NCBI GenBank assembly: GCA_964016885.1
Contig: OZ024742.1
Location: forward strand, 151,776,001 to 151,840,000
Source of the DNA: Eledone cirrhosa
Taxonomy: Eukaryota
Direction: 5' to 3'
Length of the DNA: 64,000 bases
Shown here: one piece after another, positions 12,887 to 29,679 of the stretch
Numbering within the stretch: position 1 is the first letter of the stretch
How the letters are laid out: every line of letters starts with the position of its first letter
Translations under genes and position numbers: made by a program
Notes under the pieces: generated by a model
The model's database searches: none
The model's input: only the letters and a program-made list of their open reading frames with translations
What the model was told of the DNA's origin: nothing

Positions 12887-13590
12887 TTGTCTTCATATCT
12901 CTATAGAGTGATGTTTGGTTTCGTCTGAATCTTTTATTAAGCACTTTTCTTTCATCTACTTTCTTCATGTACCAGCGTTTTTCGCTATCAGCTCTCAATT
13001 TTTGTTTGAGGGTGATCAGCTTCTATTGAACAGTTATGGTTCTACTGTTACCAAACATCGTCTCTATTATATTTTTCACTCTTTGTTGGTGAGGAGTGAG
13101 TTTCTTTTGCGTTTGTTTGCATGTAAGTAGCATTGTCATATATCCTATGGTTTTTCGTAGGTCAGCAACCTTTTTTTCTATTTTAGTTATATATGATGGT
13201 ATTTTTTGTGGTGTTTACTACTTGTTAATATATCTACTATCACCAAGATAATGTTTCACTGTCGTTTCTAGGGCATATAAATAGGCGTTGATTTGCCAAA
13301 ATGTTGGGGATTTTATCCGTCGTAAATATTCATCCCCTATTTCGTCAATAACACGTGATATTTCATTATTTGGTTTTTTATTAAATATTGTTGTTTCAAT
13401 ACGTTCAGCAAGAGAGATATTTATACACGAATTAATTAATCTCTGGAAGAATTCGTTGAGGGAAATTTTCAATTGTTTATACTTTTGATTATTATCATTA
13501 TCGATAGTATTTTCCACAATAGTCGAGAGTGGCTCGGATAGTACACGTGGTGTCAAATGTCTTCGATTATTATTATTATCGATAGTGGAG

Positions 13591-13783
13591 GGCGGTGGAT
13601 TGGCAGTATCGGTGGAGGGTCGGACGCCATGCTTTCCAGCATAGTTACGTCCCTTTACAATCTGAGTTCAAATCCCGCCGAGGTTGACTTTGCCTTTCAT
13701 CCTTACGGGGTCGATAAAATAAAGTACAAGTAATGCACTGGGTAATTGCTGGCCTTGTGCCTAAAGTAGAAACAATTATTATT
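13591..13783 (+). mobile_element. Full-length SINE with TSD attattattatcgatagtg
   Basis: Head, core and tail present; flanking direct repeat. Confidence 0.88.
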
Positions 13784-14417
13784 ATCGATAGTGTTTTACC
13801 CAGCATTGGAGGTAGACTTAGATGGTACACGTGGTGTCAAGTTTCTTACAGGCATAGTTGTTTCAAGGCACTGTTCAACCTGGCTGCTAAGAAGTCTAGT
13901 AGCATGGCGACCTGTAGCACGTGCTGTTGATCCCATGTTTGTTGTGGGGGACTTACAATTAATAATATTTATTTTATTTTTACGTTCAACAAACGTCGCT
14001 TGTTGGGGTAATTGTTTCGCTGTGAAGTGATTTAGCTCTGGGTCGCAGTGTAGCTTCGGTCTGTTCATATAGCCAATGGAGGCATTGTGTTTTGCAATTT
14101 TATAACAATTAAATAAATCATTATTAAGTTCGCAACTCCAAGAGAAATGCGATTTATAATTTCGTTTTTTTCTGTAGCTACAACTGAATAAATTTTGTTT
14201 ACCTTTCTCGTTGTTTTTCTTCGGTACTTCCTTAATGTTGTTGTTATTGATGTTCTGTTCAGCCATGCTGTTTGTAGCAAATCCTTGTAAAATGAATTAT
14301 GTATTTAGTCGGATATCTCTACGAATTCGAATAAAAGGTGTCTTCAGTAGATATAGTTAGAAGAATATCCAGTTATTCAACATGACTGGTAGTTGTGACA
14401 TTATGTATGTATGTATG

Positions 14418-14449
<32 letters not shown>

Positions 14450-14725
14450 AGGCCCCCAGTTGTCACAACACCTTTTTAAGAGAGGGAAACTAGTTCTGGG
14501 CTAAAGAGACACATGGTGGTACCAAAAGATTGTGTTCGATGGGGTGACACCACCGGTCCTGTGGAAAGCACAACTCTCTTCTGTCACCTGTGTTCGTAAA
14601 ACATGCAGATCTACAGCTGGTCTACAAAGTCATCTACGATGTCATGGATACAGATCGTATGATAACGAAGAATCAATAAGAGACGGCAATCGTCTGTGAA
14701 GACGCTGCATTCTTCATGTATGTAT

Positions 14726-15865
14726 GTTGGTTCACATTGGAGTGCTACTGGTAACATGTATCCCAGTACAACCTGTCGCATGGTCATGCCATCGGCGACT
14801 AAACCGGCAACCACACCAAGTTTACTTGGGGAGGAGGGTGATTTTGGACACCCTGCAGGATAAAAAACAAAACATGACAAAAGGCGGAAGAACTCATAAG
14901 AGTCAACGGCCATCCCAAAATGTGTAAATATGTATATACATCTGTATATATGAGTGTATGTATATATGTATATACATGTATACATATGTATGTATATACA
15001 TGTATACATATGTATGTATATGCGCGGGGTCATAGAAATAATCGAGCTGGATACCCGATCGCGCGGTTAAACCAATGGGAGTGAAGGAGCCCTAGCTTTT
15101 GTCAGGGAGTTCTTCTAGGAGAAGGTTACTCAGGAAACTGGGATAACTCAGACATAAAACCTGCGGCTCAGTAGTTACTGATGATGTCGATCTTTTCTTC
15201 TTTTCGGGTTATAGCTACTGTCATTGAGAGAGTGGGATTGGTTCAGTGCACAGTCTTTCTTCCCTTTAAAAACATCTTCACGCACAGGAATTGCACGATG
15301 GCATTAATTGATAATTATAAATAATGTTATATCGTGCAATGGCCATACTCGATAACGAGGGGGCAGCCACCATGTATGTATGTAAGTTATGTCGGGTCAC
15401 TCTTGAGTGCTACTGGTAACATGTAACCCAGTACAACCTGTCGCATGGTCGGGTCGTCGGCGACTAACCCGGCAACCCCACCAAGTTTACTTAGTGAGTA
15501 GGGTGAGATGGACATCTTGCAGGACAAAAAGCAAAACCTGAGAAAGGGCAGAATAACTCATAAGGGTCAACGGCCATCGAAATGTGAGTAAATATGTATA
15601 TACACATGTACATATGTATGTATATGTATATGTGTATGTGCATGGGTGCATGTGTATGTATATTAGTAGTTACCGATGATGTTTATCTTTTCTTCTTTTC
15701 GGGATATAGCTACTGTCGCTCAGAGAATGGAATTGGCTCAGTGCACAGTCTTTCCTCACTTTAAAAATTATCTTCACGCACAGGCATTGCACGATAGATT
15801 AATTAATAATTATTGATAATGGTATATCGTGCAATGGACATAACGAGAGGGCAGCCATCATCATG
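14726..15865 (+). mobile_element. Two tandem copies of a ~600-bp non-coding, RTE-UTR-like element with (ATGT)n tails
   Basis: Copies at 14726-15325 and 15390-15865; homolog at 53387-53996 (minus). Motif CTAGGAGAAGG resembles RTE 5' UTRs. Confidence 0.65.
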
Positions 15866-15872
15866 TATGTAA

Positions 15873-15912
<40 letters not shown>

Positions 15913-16193
15913 CTACCTTGAATTATAGACAACCTATGTATTTCTGGGGGTACCTTGTACCCTTAGACATATTAACTTTATTCATTATACTCCGTTATGT
16001 AGAGAACAAATCTGTCGTTCTATCTAGCTGCTATTTTTTTAGTGGCGAATATAGACAACAAGTCTGTGATTTCCCACCTTCACTTAACACCGGCGTACAT
16101 ACGGGTCACTTTTACGACCTTTCAGGCCTGTGTTAGCTGGGGACGAGGTCATATACTTTATCGTTCCTGGGGTTTTTTAACCCTAGGAAAGGA

Positions 16194-16283
16194 AAATGCT
16201 TCTCTGATGATCTTTGTTTTTCCATTAATATCCATGTGATATCTAATGTTTTGCAAAGTGAAACTGTACAGTAAGGGCCATTT
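16194..16283 (+). ncRNA. Type I hammerhead ribozyme, canonical core
   Basis: aaatgcttct-CTGATGA-t-ctttg..caaag-t-GAAAC-tgtaca-GTA-agggccattt; predicted cut after 16273. Confidence 0.85.
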
Positions 16284-16712
16284 GAATAGGTATATATTTA
16301 TATTATATTTTTTAATTTTGATTAATTTTAATTTCATATTAATTTTGATTTATTTTGAAAAATTAGTTGAATTTTACTTGTTCTGCTTATCTTGATATTA
16401 AGTTCTGGTATATCAAATTATTACCATAGAACCACCTTGAATCATAGACAACCTATGTATTTCTGGGGGTACCTTGTACCCTTAGACATATTAACTTTAT
16501 TCATTAATCTCCGTTATGTAGAGAACAAATCTGTCGTTCTATCTAGCTGCTATTTTTTTAGTGGCGACTATAGACAACAAGTCTATAATTTCCCGCCTTC
16601 ACTTCACACCGGCGTACATACGGGTCACTTTTACGACCTTTCAGGCCTGTGTTAGCTGGGGACGAGGTCATATATGTTATCGTTCCTGGGGTTTTTTAAC
16701 CCTAGGAAAGGA

Positions 16713-16804
16713 AAATGCTTCTCTGATGATCTTTGTTTTTTTCCATTAATATCCATGTGATATCTAATATTTTGCAAAGTGAAACTGTTCAGTAAGGGTC
16801 ATTT
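16713..16804 (+). ncRNA. Type I hammerhead ribozyme, second tandem copy
   Basis: Same fold; predicted cut after 16794. Confidence 0.82.
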
Positions 16805-16913
16805 GAATAGGTAAATATTTATATTATTTTTTTTAATTTTGATTAATTTTAATTTTATATTAATTTTGATTTATTTTGAAAAATGAGTTGAATTTTACTT
16901 GTTCTGCTTATCT

Positions 16914-16971
<58 letters not shown>

Positions 16972-17022
16972 TATAAACATATATATATATGTAAGTATAT
17001 ATATATATATATATATATATAA

Positions 17023-17073
<51 letters not shown>

Positions 17074-17077
17074 AATA

Positions 17078-17123
<46 letters not shown>

Positions 17124-17139
17124 TTATTCATTGGCAATC

Positions 17140-19310
17140 ACATATGATTAATATTGAAGTGTTGGGTCGATGTCATATTGAATCTCTCATAATTCAATAT
17201 AGATCGCATTGGAGCAGACATGTTATAAGAATGGCAGGTCATTGTATTCCTATGCAATTAGCAATACAAAGCACGATTTAGTCAAAGGGAAAGGACCAAG
17301 GAATAAACTAAAACTCATGTATCAAGACTGCATCAAAAGTGCTTATAAGGTCAAAAACAAGAAAAGATAACTGGGAAGACATTGCCTAAGATTGATCATT
17401 TTGGAGGAAAAACAGTGTTTAATGGAAAACAGGAAGTTGAAGAATCTCGTGTGATGCATGAAAAATTAAATAGGGGTCTGAGGAAGGGTCTACACAATAT
17501 TACCTTACCTGGATTTTCAGATGTTCAAAATGACTTTATGTGCAATGTGTGGCCAAATTTGCCTCAATAAAGTTTGTCTTAGAAAACACCATAGAAGCAG
17601 CGTACAAAATGTTGTCGATTATGGTCTCTTTTGCATTTCTTCCTGTTGGAAGTGTGGAAAAAAATGTTGGTAGCCCGGTGGACTCAAACATCAAGTGAAA
17701 GCAAAACAGCGAACCAAATTGGAAGTACTGTTCATCCCTGCAGCTTATGGAATGTAAATCCTTGGCAGGGCTAAAGTGTCATGTTCGTTCCACCCATGTG
17801 TGAGAGAGGAATCGGGAACAACCGACTTTAGAGGAAGTGGCAGTAGCTGTCTCGAAGCTGAACCGTGGAAGGTGTCCAGGTATGGATGGCATACAGGCAG
17901 AGCTCTTACAATATGGTGGTGAGAAACTTCTGTGACATCACTCTTTTTTGGCAAGATATAGGCCAGTGAATCCGTTCATGAAGACTGAAAAGATGCAGTA
18001 ATAGTAGTCTTGTAGAAGGGAAGGGGTAACAAGAAGGAATTGTGAAAACTATAGGTGTATATCTTTGCTTTCTGTCGTAGGAAAAATTTTATGTAGGGTG
18101 CTTCCGGACCGTTTGCTGACATACATTGAAGATGCGGCACTACTGATTTGATCTCAGCTAGACAGCTTCAGGAGAATTGCATGGAACAGGGTTTGGATCT
18201 GTATCAGTTTATTCTCGATCTGACAAAAGCTTTTGATACTGTTAACAGAAATGCTCTGTGGAAGGTTCTCCAGAAACGTGGATGTTCTGATGAGTTTCAT
18301 GCTTTGGTTAGGTCTTTCCATGATGACATGAAGGCTTGGGTTAATGTCAGAGGTATCATGTCAGAGTATACCTCAGTGAAAAATGGAGTAAAGCAGGGGG
18401 ATATTCCGGCACCGACCCTATTTTCCATATACTTTGCGATGGTTTTCTATATTTTATTCAGGAATTGCAAGCATGGTGCTTACATCTACTATTGAACCTC
18501 TGGCAGTATATTTAACATCAGGCGCTTTGCTTTAAAACAAAAGAATTTACCTCTATCATAAGAGACCTTTTGTATGCAGATGATTGCGATCTTATAGCGC
18601 ACACAGAGACTGATATGCAACACATTTTGAATGGATTTTCTGATGCTTACACTGCCCTAGGATTGACTATCAGTCTCAAGTAAATCGTTATCATGTACCA
18701 ACCTGCCCCTGGTAAGCAGTGCAATGAACCAAATATATATGTGTATGGTAAACGACTTGGAGAGGTTGATCAGTTAGTTAAAGGAAAACGACCTCCACAA
18801 AAACGAAAAAAGAGGTATACGGATTTGTTGAAAGCCTCCTTAAAAGACGCTAACATCTCTGCTGATACATGGGAAAGCGTATCTGTTGATCATCGTAAAT
18901 GGAGAAAGATTGTACATGAAGGCAAAGCTGCTTTTGAAGCATCTTTAATCGCATACGAGAAAGCAAAAAGGGATGTAAGGAAAGGCATTGCTGTTACATT
19001 TCCAAACATGCAACGTCTGTGCAAGACTCTGCCTCAGCAAAGCTGAACTCGAAAGTCGTCTTCGCAATCATAAAGTGAGATCAGTGGTTAACTACTAGGC
19101 TACTGTCGGATATGCTACTCATCATACCTGTTAAGCATGTGGAAAAGAGTGTAGATCAGCAGGAGGGCCCAAACGACATGCAAAAGTACATGACGACCAG
19201 CTACAGCCGTCAATTGCCAGTGAATGTTTTTATCATGGTTGCCAACTCAGTGCAAGACATTTTAGATTATTGGCTGGGCTGTAAAGTTTCATCCGATTGC
19301 AGCAATTATT
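17140..19310 (+). mobile_element. Degraded RTE (BovB-like) LINE fragments
   Basis: ARQLQE.C.EQ..LY..F.DLTKAFDTVNR..LW; GVKQG...APTLF; LYADD; 3' fragments GKRPPQ.RKKRY.D.LK. Confidence 0.85.
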
Positions 19311-19535
19311 GATATATATATATATGTATGTGTATGTATATGTGTTTATATGTATATATTTGTGTATGTATGCACATATATATATATCTGCGGGCATCGC
19401 CTTGTGGCGTTAGCTGCCGGTGTGTTATTCATAGATATGGCTTTCTAAATGTTTATTTATAAACATACCGTATTTCTCTAGAAATACGAATTTCAAATGT
19501 ATAATTGTATATAGCTATGTTCGAAGTTAAATTCT

Positions 19536-19646
<111 letters not shown>

Positions 19647-19742
19647 CACATACACATATATGGACGCCCACACACATATATATATACATATACACACACA
19701 ACGCACGTGCGCACACACACACATACGCACACATATACATAT

Positions 19743-19773
<31 letters not shown>

Positions 19774-20345
19774 CTCACAAATAGCAGAAACTCGATGTTT
19801 TTGATAGGTTAATTAAATAAAATAAATATCTAATATGGTTATATAATATATGCTGTTGACTATAGGTTTGTTGTTCCGGGACGAGTTTAATCTCTGTGTT
19901 GTAAATTCCTCTGTTCAACTTGAGACTCGTTTCCTCAGCTCTCACCTCAGCTATAGAAACTTTACATATTAAATAGAAACTTTTGATGGAAAACCTTACT
20001 TGATATTTTCGTTAATATACACACCAGAATTCTACACATTGTGATTTCTATTGAACTTTCCTCAAATGGCATACAATGATCAAGTATGAATGCAGACAAT
20101 CTCAAACTATCCAATTGTAATTTCCGAAATACCATTACAAACATGAAAGTAAATTTCCAATATTTAAAGCAATTTTAACTCTTGAAGTATATTTAAGTCT
20201 CTCGATTAGTTTTGACCAACTCAATAAACGAAACAATTCATAGTTTGATACACACGTACTCACTAATTCTTATATCTGTATGAATGAGTATTGCATGGAT
20301 ATTTGTGTATCTAACTATCTATTTACACACACATATGCATATGTA

Positions 20346-20445
<100 letters not shown>

Positions 20446-20474
20446 TTTATATATACATACATATATATATATAT

Positions 20475-20518
<44 letters not shown>

Positions 20519-20546
20519 TTATATATATACATACATATATATACAT

Positions 20547-20580
<34 letters not shown>

Positions 20581-20686
20581 GTGTGTATATATATATATAT
20601 GTATGTGTGTATATATATGTATATGTATGTGTGTGTATATATATATGTATGTGTGTGTATATATATATATATATTTATGTGTATAT

Positions 20687-20790
<104 letters not shown>

Positions 20791-21220
20791 CATATATTAA
20801 GTCCTACGCATTCATATATTTAATCAAATTCCGAGAAGGAATTGCAATATAAATGGCTATCAACCAAAAGCGTTGTTCTAAATATCGTTGTAAGATAGAA
20901 TTATCTGTACATTCAAAGAATAGAAATGCTTAACTTGGTTTTCTGAGATGCGGGTGTAACTAACTAGAAATTGGAAGTTTCAGAGAATCGAAATTTCGAA
21001 ATATCCATATTTATGGCTATCTTGTTTCCAGTCTAGAAGTGTTTTCTACTCTTCATAAATAATCCATTATGTATCCACTGCTGCCGGGTAACTGTATATT
21101 CATGGCAATCTGAGGTGATTATCTATTTCAAGCCATTTTCACTGTACCTCCATAGATTAATGCCCTTGACAACTATATCAATATAATAGATGCTTATTTC
21201 CCTTTCATATATATATATGA

Positions 21221-21279
<59 letters not shown>

Positions 21280-22141
21280 ATGCCTTGAATCTATGTACAA
21301 AAAAAATCAATAGTTTTATTATTATGTGGTGAATACTGGAGAAAGGAACTAAGTTATTTTTGAAGGCCGAGGTCACATGTTTGAAATCTCAGATGTGGTT
21401 TTTAACTAATATCTCTTAGAAAATCCTTCTCAATCTGGGCTTTATAGGTGTTTACTCAGTTACGGAGATTCGGACCTGACTTGCAGCTCCACTTTAATTC
21501 GAAGGCCATGAAAAATGTGGTGGAGACTGCTTTTCCTCTTTAGTCTAAACCATGAAAAATATAAAAAATGCTGTAGCCTGTTTCGATAATTTCACGGGCA
21601 TCGTACTTCAGATTCTTGAGATACTTAGATGCTTGAATCAATACAATTTCTGACTGTATATAATTATAAAATTATCACTCTATATACGAAACCTGCGATA
21701 TTCCTTACTGGCACATCAAACGCCAAGTCTATCATCAATTTTGGTTGTTGATTCGTACTTATCAAAACTATACTTGGTGGTCAACTATAAATATACAGAG
21801 AAAAAACGAAAAACGTAAAACTAGAAAATCATATACAAAAGAAACCAAATCTTGTACGATGATTTATACTTCTCTAACAAAGAAAGCTATGAGGTTCTTT
21901 CATAAAGTGTTTGTTAAAGTTCTACTTATTACGATATTTAGACTAGGGTTATGTTATGACACTCTATTTAAGGGATTCAGACAACCATATTGACTCCCAA
22001 ATCAATTTGAAACTAACACATATTTAATCGAACCCTATATATTGAATAATTATGTTTTGTTTTGTGAGTGTAATTTGGCAAACCAAAAGCGCAGACGCCT
22101 GAGTCTCACAAGGTATATTTTATAAGCTGTAATCATGTCAC

Positions 22142-23612
22142 ATAAATACCTTCCCATCCTTATCCTTTATTGGCACTTGGCTGGAGGTGCTAGAACGGCG
22201 TAGCTCTTTTGCAATATCTGTAGAGGTTCTAGCTCCTCCACTCACGTGTCAATAAAGGATAAAGATGGGAAGGTGCTTATATAAGAACAAGATCAGAATG
22301 CAAGATGGGTGGAGCACTTCAAGAAGGTATTAACCAACCAGATCCACTATCCCTCTTTGACACACGAACCCAAGATACTTTGGATCCTCTCGACGTAGAT
22401 ATTGGAGAGATAACGGTGACAGAATATTGTCGAGTCATAAAAACACTAAAGAATGCAATGGCACCGGCACTAGATCATATCTCACCAGAAACATTGAAGC
22501 TTGGGAATCGGAACTTCGCGCAACAACTTACCTACCACTTCAACATGGTCTAGAAATCAAAGAATATGGCAGAAAATTGGGGGAAAGGAGTGATTGTCAG
22601 GGGACCAAAGAAGGGAGACCTTAGCAACTATAACTGGAGAGGGATTATGCTACTATCAATCCCTGGCAAGGTGTTCTGTTCGTTCCTACTGATAGATTAG
22701 GGGATACCCTAGACACAAAATTGCCTGAGGGGTAGGCAGGTTTTAGGAAGGGAAGATCATGTATTGACCAGGTTCTAACCTTTACGAACATCAATGAACA
22801 GATTATGGAGTTCAACAAAACACTTTACATCAACTTCATCGATTTCAAGAAGGCCTTTGACAGTAATACAGGGAGACTGTTTGAAGAATAGTCGAAATCT
22901 ATGGAATTCCTCAAAAGCTTATCATCATTATCAAGAGCATATACAGGGATTAATACTGCTGCATCAGAACTAATAGAGGCTATACAAAGTCCCTCGTACA
23001 GTTTCAGCAGTACGTCAATGCTGCATATTATATCCTCTACTGTTCCTACTCACAATTTATTTTGTAATGCGAATGGTCAGAAAAACCCACATATTGGAAT
23101 CAGGTGGAATATTTCTCGTTTGATTGACCGGGATTTTGCAGACGACATTGTCCTTGTCAGCCAATCAGAACACTCATTGCAGATGTTGACCGACAGCATG
23201 GCAAATAATTGTTTCTACTTTAGGCACAAGGCCAGCAATTACCCAGTGCATTACTGGTTGGCAAATAATGCTGCTAAAGTTGGGCTAAGAATCAACTCAG
23301 AAAAGACAAAGGTCATGTCAGTGAAGGAAGAAAACCCTATCAACATACAATTAATTAACACAGGTGCAGATGAGGTTGAGAGGTTTACCTACCTGGGTGG
23401 CAACATTTCCAACATGGGTGACACGGAGCAAGACGTGCTGAAGGTGGATAAAGGAAACGTGGATGCCCATTAACAACATGGAAGGGGACAGTCCTGAAGG
23501 ATCTAGATGCGGAAGAGCTGATTTGGGAGGATGCCAAATCTCTTGCAGAGGATGGAGATTTTTGTGGCTGCCCAATGTTCTACATGTGATTGGAGGAACC
23601 AACTAACTAATT
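22142..23612 (+). mobile_element. Degraded RTE-clade LINE, 5'-truncated with an inverted 5' segment, (CTAA)n tail
   Basis: IKDKDGK..RW.EHF, NWRGI.LLS.PGK, FIDFKKAFD, DFADD, GLRIN..KTK. 22148-22215 is inverted. A SINE fragment (23207-23258) with an 11-bp TSD (tggcaaataat) lies inside. Confidence 0.85.
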
Positions 23613-25258
23613 AATTATATCACGGCTAGCTGTGAGAATGCCAGATAGCTATTTCTGGAATTTTATCTGTCATAAGTGACATTTACTCCCTGGATACAGA
23701 GACAAAATGGGTTCAAAACTATATGACAGGCACATTTGCATATAGTGGAAGTTGACAGTTGAAAGGGGGCGATTAGAAGTGGCACTAACATAGCGTGGTT
23801 CATCATAGGTTTGCATATGAAAGCATATACGATATTGTTATATATAATAAAGATACACGTGTCTCACTAGGTATATTCTATAAGCTGTGACCAGGTCACG
23901 GCTATCTCAGTAGCGATGAGAATGCTATTTCTAGATATTTATCCGTCATCACTAACACTTATTCAATTGTTTCTGAGATAAAATGGGTTAAAACCCCGTT
24001 AGGGCTTTCCGGTCTGAGACGCTCATTTGATGAACTACTCTATGTTAATGCCACGTCTAATTACCTCCCTTTCACCAGTTAAGTTTGCCTATTTATGCAA
24101 ACAAGCATCTCCAGCCGATGAGATGAAGTGGTAAAATATATTTATAAGTTTCTGGAAGAGTACAGCGAAAGTAGAACACCGCTTTGACCGGCTAAACAAT
24201 CTGGAACATCCTGCCATCCTTAAATATAACCGGTTGGTGATTTGCGTCTGTACGTGAATGGTAAGTGGTTTGCTGTTTTGGTAAACGCTTAAACACTTTC
24301 TCTGACGAACTCTGATGAAAGCAAAACTGCCTTATATATCCAACTGAGACCTGTTTATAAGAACATCCCCATATCCATTAACGTCATTCAGCTTCGGGAC
24401 TTCAATGGCAGGGTTGAAAGAGATTGGCAAACGTGGAAACCATCTTGATTGTTTCGCTAGGAGAACTGATGAAACGCAACGGCCTCCTACTCCTACAACT
24501 GGTCTTTATATTGATATTTAGCTTAGCTGAAGGAACAGAACGGAAATAAAATACTGATTATTTTATATAGGCGTGACTTTGTGATATTTGTTCTGCGTCG
24601 ATTTGCAGACACTTCCTTGTTATTCTTCATCTAAATGCAGTGACACCTATGAGAGACGAAGCGAATATTGACTGACTGTCATATAAAATAAATAAACTAC
24701 AACAGTAAAAGCTAAAACATGTAATCCGAAGCAAGTTGCTTTCTGTTAGCCTTAAAGGTGCAGGTGTAAGGGCTGTCACATTTGTATTGTATATTCTAAA
24801 TGGAAATATTTTTCTCTTTATACTTACTATGGAAGCAGCAAAAACGATGGTGCAACTTTAGCTCACCTTAACGTTACCTCTATTAATGATCTTATCATAT
24901 ATATGATATATATCATATTTTTTAACGTTTAATGAGATTCAGCATGACTGTGAGTTACAAGGCTGATTCTTTGAATTACAAATCCAGTCCACCCTTCGGG
25001 CTTCTAAAATGTTTCGATATGTGTAATTGCATTCACACAACATGTAAACACATGAAGCTATGACTTTTGACATTTGATTTAGTCAAATCAATCGACTCCA
25101 GTACTTTTTCAAGTTGGGTAATTATTTTATCGATCTCTTTGTGTAGAATCGTTAGGTTATGGGAAATAAACTAAGTCACATACACTCAGAATCATATAGT
25201 TGCGAAGCAAACTCCTAAATTGTTCAACCATGACAGCGCATACGTAAATATTATATAG

Positions 25259-25378
25259 ATATGACTTCTACAGGACTAGAACTGTTTCATTCGCCTGCAA
25301 TTATAGGGATATTCTTGTTGACGTCATACGAATGAAACAGTTTTAGTCCTATAGAAGTCATATAGAATCTACCCATGA
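25259..25378. mobile_element. Small foldback of a PLE-like terminus with an HHR 3' half
   Basis: 35-bp inverted arms 25259-25293/25329-25363 containing GAAACAGTTTTAGTC; related sequence at 28195-28310 (minus). Confidence 0.55.
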
Positions 25379-25384
25379 TATATA

Positions 25385-27931
<2,547 letters not shown>

Positions 27932-28041
27932 TAAACGGAAAAGGAAATGCTGACAAATTGTTCCCAGTGAAAAATAGTTTAATTAGGAATAAGTATAAAT
28001 TAGTAATACGTATCGGTTAGTATTCAGTTTTAGTTTTAACT

Positions 28042-28077
28042 TTTTACCGGTTGCGCATTTCTAATGCTTTTCAAAAA
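28042..28077 (-). ncRNA. Minimal hammerhead, U3-A8 variant (degenerate copy)
   Basis: ttt-TTGAAAA-gcat/atgc-GCAAC-cg-GTA-aaa. Confidence 0.55.
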
Positions 28078-28339
28078 TAATGTTGAGATAGAGCGCTCGT
28101 GATGTTTGCTCTAAATATGTTTGCTCTCTCTCTCTCTATATATATAATATAATATATATAATATATAATATATCTATATATATATATATATATATCATAG
28201 GTAGATTCCCTAGGGGGATCAGAAGGAGACCACAGCTAAAGAAGGTACTAAATACGTTGGTAGAACATAAGCGTTTTTGTTTTATATAAATGACTTCTAT
28301 AAGACTAAACTTCTACAGAGATTCCGTCGTTTCCGACGA

Positions 28340-28707
28340 CGAGTACTCCAGTTGTTTCAATCAACAGAAGAGCCTGGTCATGAAATTAACGTGTAAGTAG
28401 CTGAATATTCGACAGAAACGTGCTCCTTTAACGTAGTTCTCTGGAAGATTCAACGTTACACTGTATGTGACAAGGCTAGCCCGTCGCCTTTTACTAGCTG
28501 GAGCAAGGTGAAATATAATGCCTTGCTCATGAACACAATATACCACCCGGTTGAAATATAATGCCTTGCTCATGGACACAATATACCACCCGGTTGAAAT
28601 AAAATGCCTTGCTCATGGATACAACGTGCCTCCCGGTCTGATAATCGAAATCTCTACCTTATGACCGTAAACCGAACATCTTAACTACTAAGCCATGCGC
28701 ATTCACA
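28340..28707 (-). mobile_element. Second tRNA-derived SINE family (octopus-type) with an internal 36-bp triplication
   Basis: Minus-strand head GCGCATGGCTTAGTAGTTAAGATGTTCGG..GATTTCGATT; gaaatataatgccttgctcatg occurs three times. Confidence 0.72.
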
Positions 28708-29543
28708 TACATCTATACACACACACGTATGATACATATATACTTACATATGTACAACGACTCGATATAAAAGCATATTAAAACAACGAAGTTTGCAAAA
28801 CTACTTCAGGGCTGAGATTGCGTTTTTCTTGGAGGTTTATCGAATTTCATTAAAACTGTCATTAATTACTACACTCACGACTTTGATAAATATATGAAAC
28901 AAAGGGAATTGAATGGAATCAAAAGAAAGATAAGAGTTAGTACGTTTGATATTAATTCCATCACAAACTACCCATCACCACGATCACCCATTACCAGTTT
29001 AGTTTATGTATTTGTTTTCATTTTGATGTGTAACATCTCCATTCTACTCTCTTTGTGCTTTGATACTTTGGCCCTAGGATATTTTTACAGCTTTCATTTA
29101 TTTAAAGGTATTTTCATTCCCCTAGAGCATTGATAATCAAGTCTGAAAGTTGGTATAGATTTATATTAAAATTTTCTTTCGTTTTTATTCCTGAAAAAAA
29201 AAATGTGTTTTGAATAATGGAAAATTTTGAATTGTTTAATAATTTGTTTTTATCATTAAATATAATCAGAAAATGATGGGTATTTCAGTTTTTATTTGAA
29301 GTATTTATTTTATTGAGATATGTAAATATTCACTCATGCATACACCCCTACATCGATACATAATATATATTCATACATGTATACATACATACATACATTC
29401 ATACATACATAATATACATTCATATATGAATAAATACATATAAACATTCATACGTGCATAAACGTATACACGTAGGTTATACATGCAAGTGTTCTCTCAC
29501 ACACACAGACACACACACAGACACACACACACACACACACACA

Positions 29544-29679
<136 letters not shown>

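Larger units (their letters stand above)
11075..14400 (-). mobile_element. Degraded R4/Dong-like non-LTR retrotransposon (restriction-like endonuclease), with SINE insertions
   Basis: ORF 11386-12531: MHG.V, EGYAFAIQEQ, CRLC...EDVTHVISS, RHDVVAK, RPDIMIWD, PVIIGALG. RT-region remnant IACQSLMYKMYT; N-terminal remnants at 13218-14266. Confidence 0.82.
15907..16919 (+). mobile_element. Retrozyme-like tandem dimer, unit ~519-521 nt, one hammerhead per unit
   Basis: Direct repeat 15907-16425/16426-16919; no credible ORF; (AT)n on both sides. Confidence 0.85.

Noticed and set aside
23620-24075. Direct and inverted repeats suggesting a DNA transposon or MITE
   Set aside because: Highly diverged; no definable termini or TSD.
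24295-24490. HHR-like fragments (CTGACGA..GAAA; taggag..GAAAC..ctccta)
   Set aside because: Cores and stems incomplete; cannot be distinguished from chance or advanced decay.
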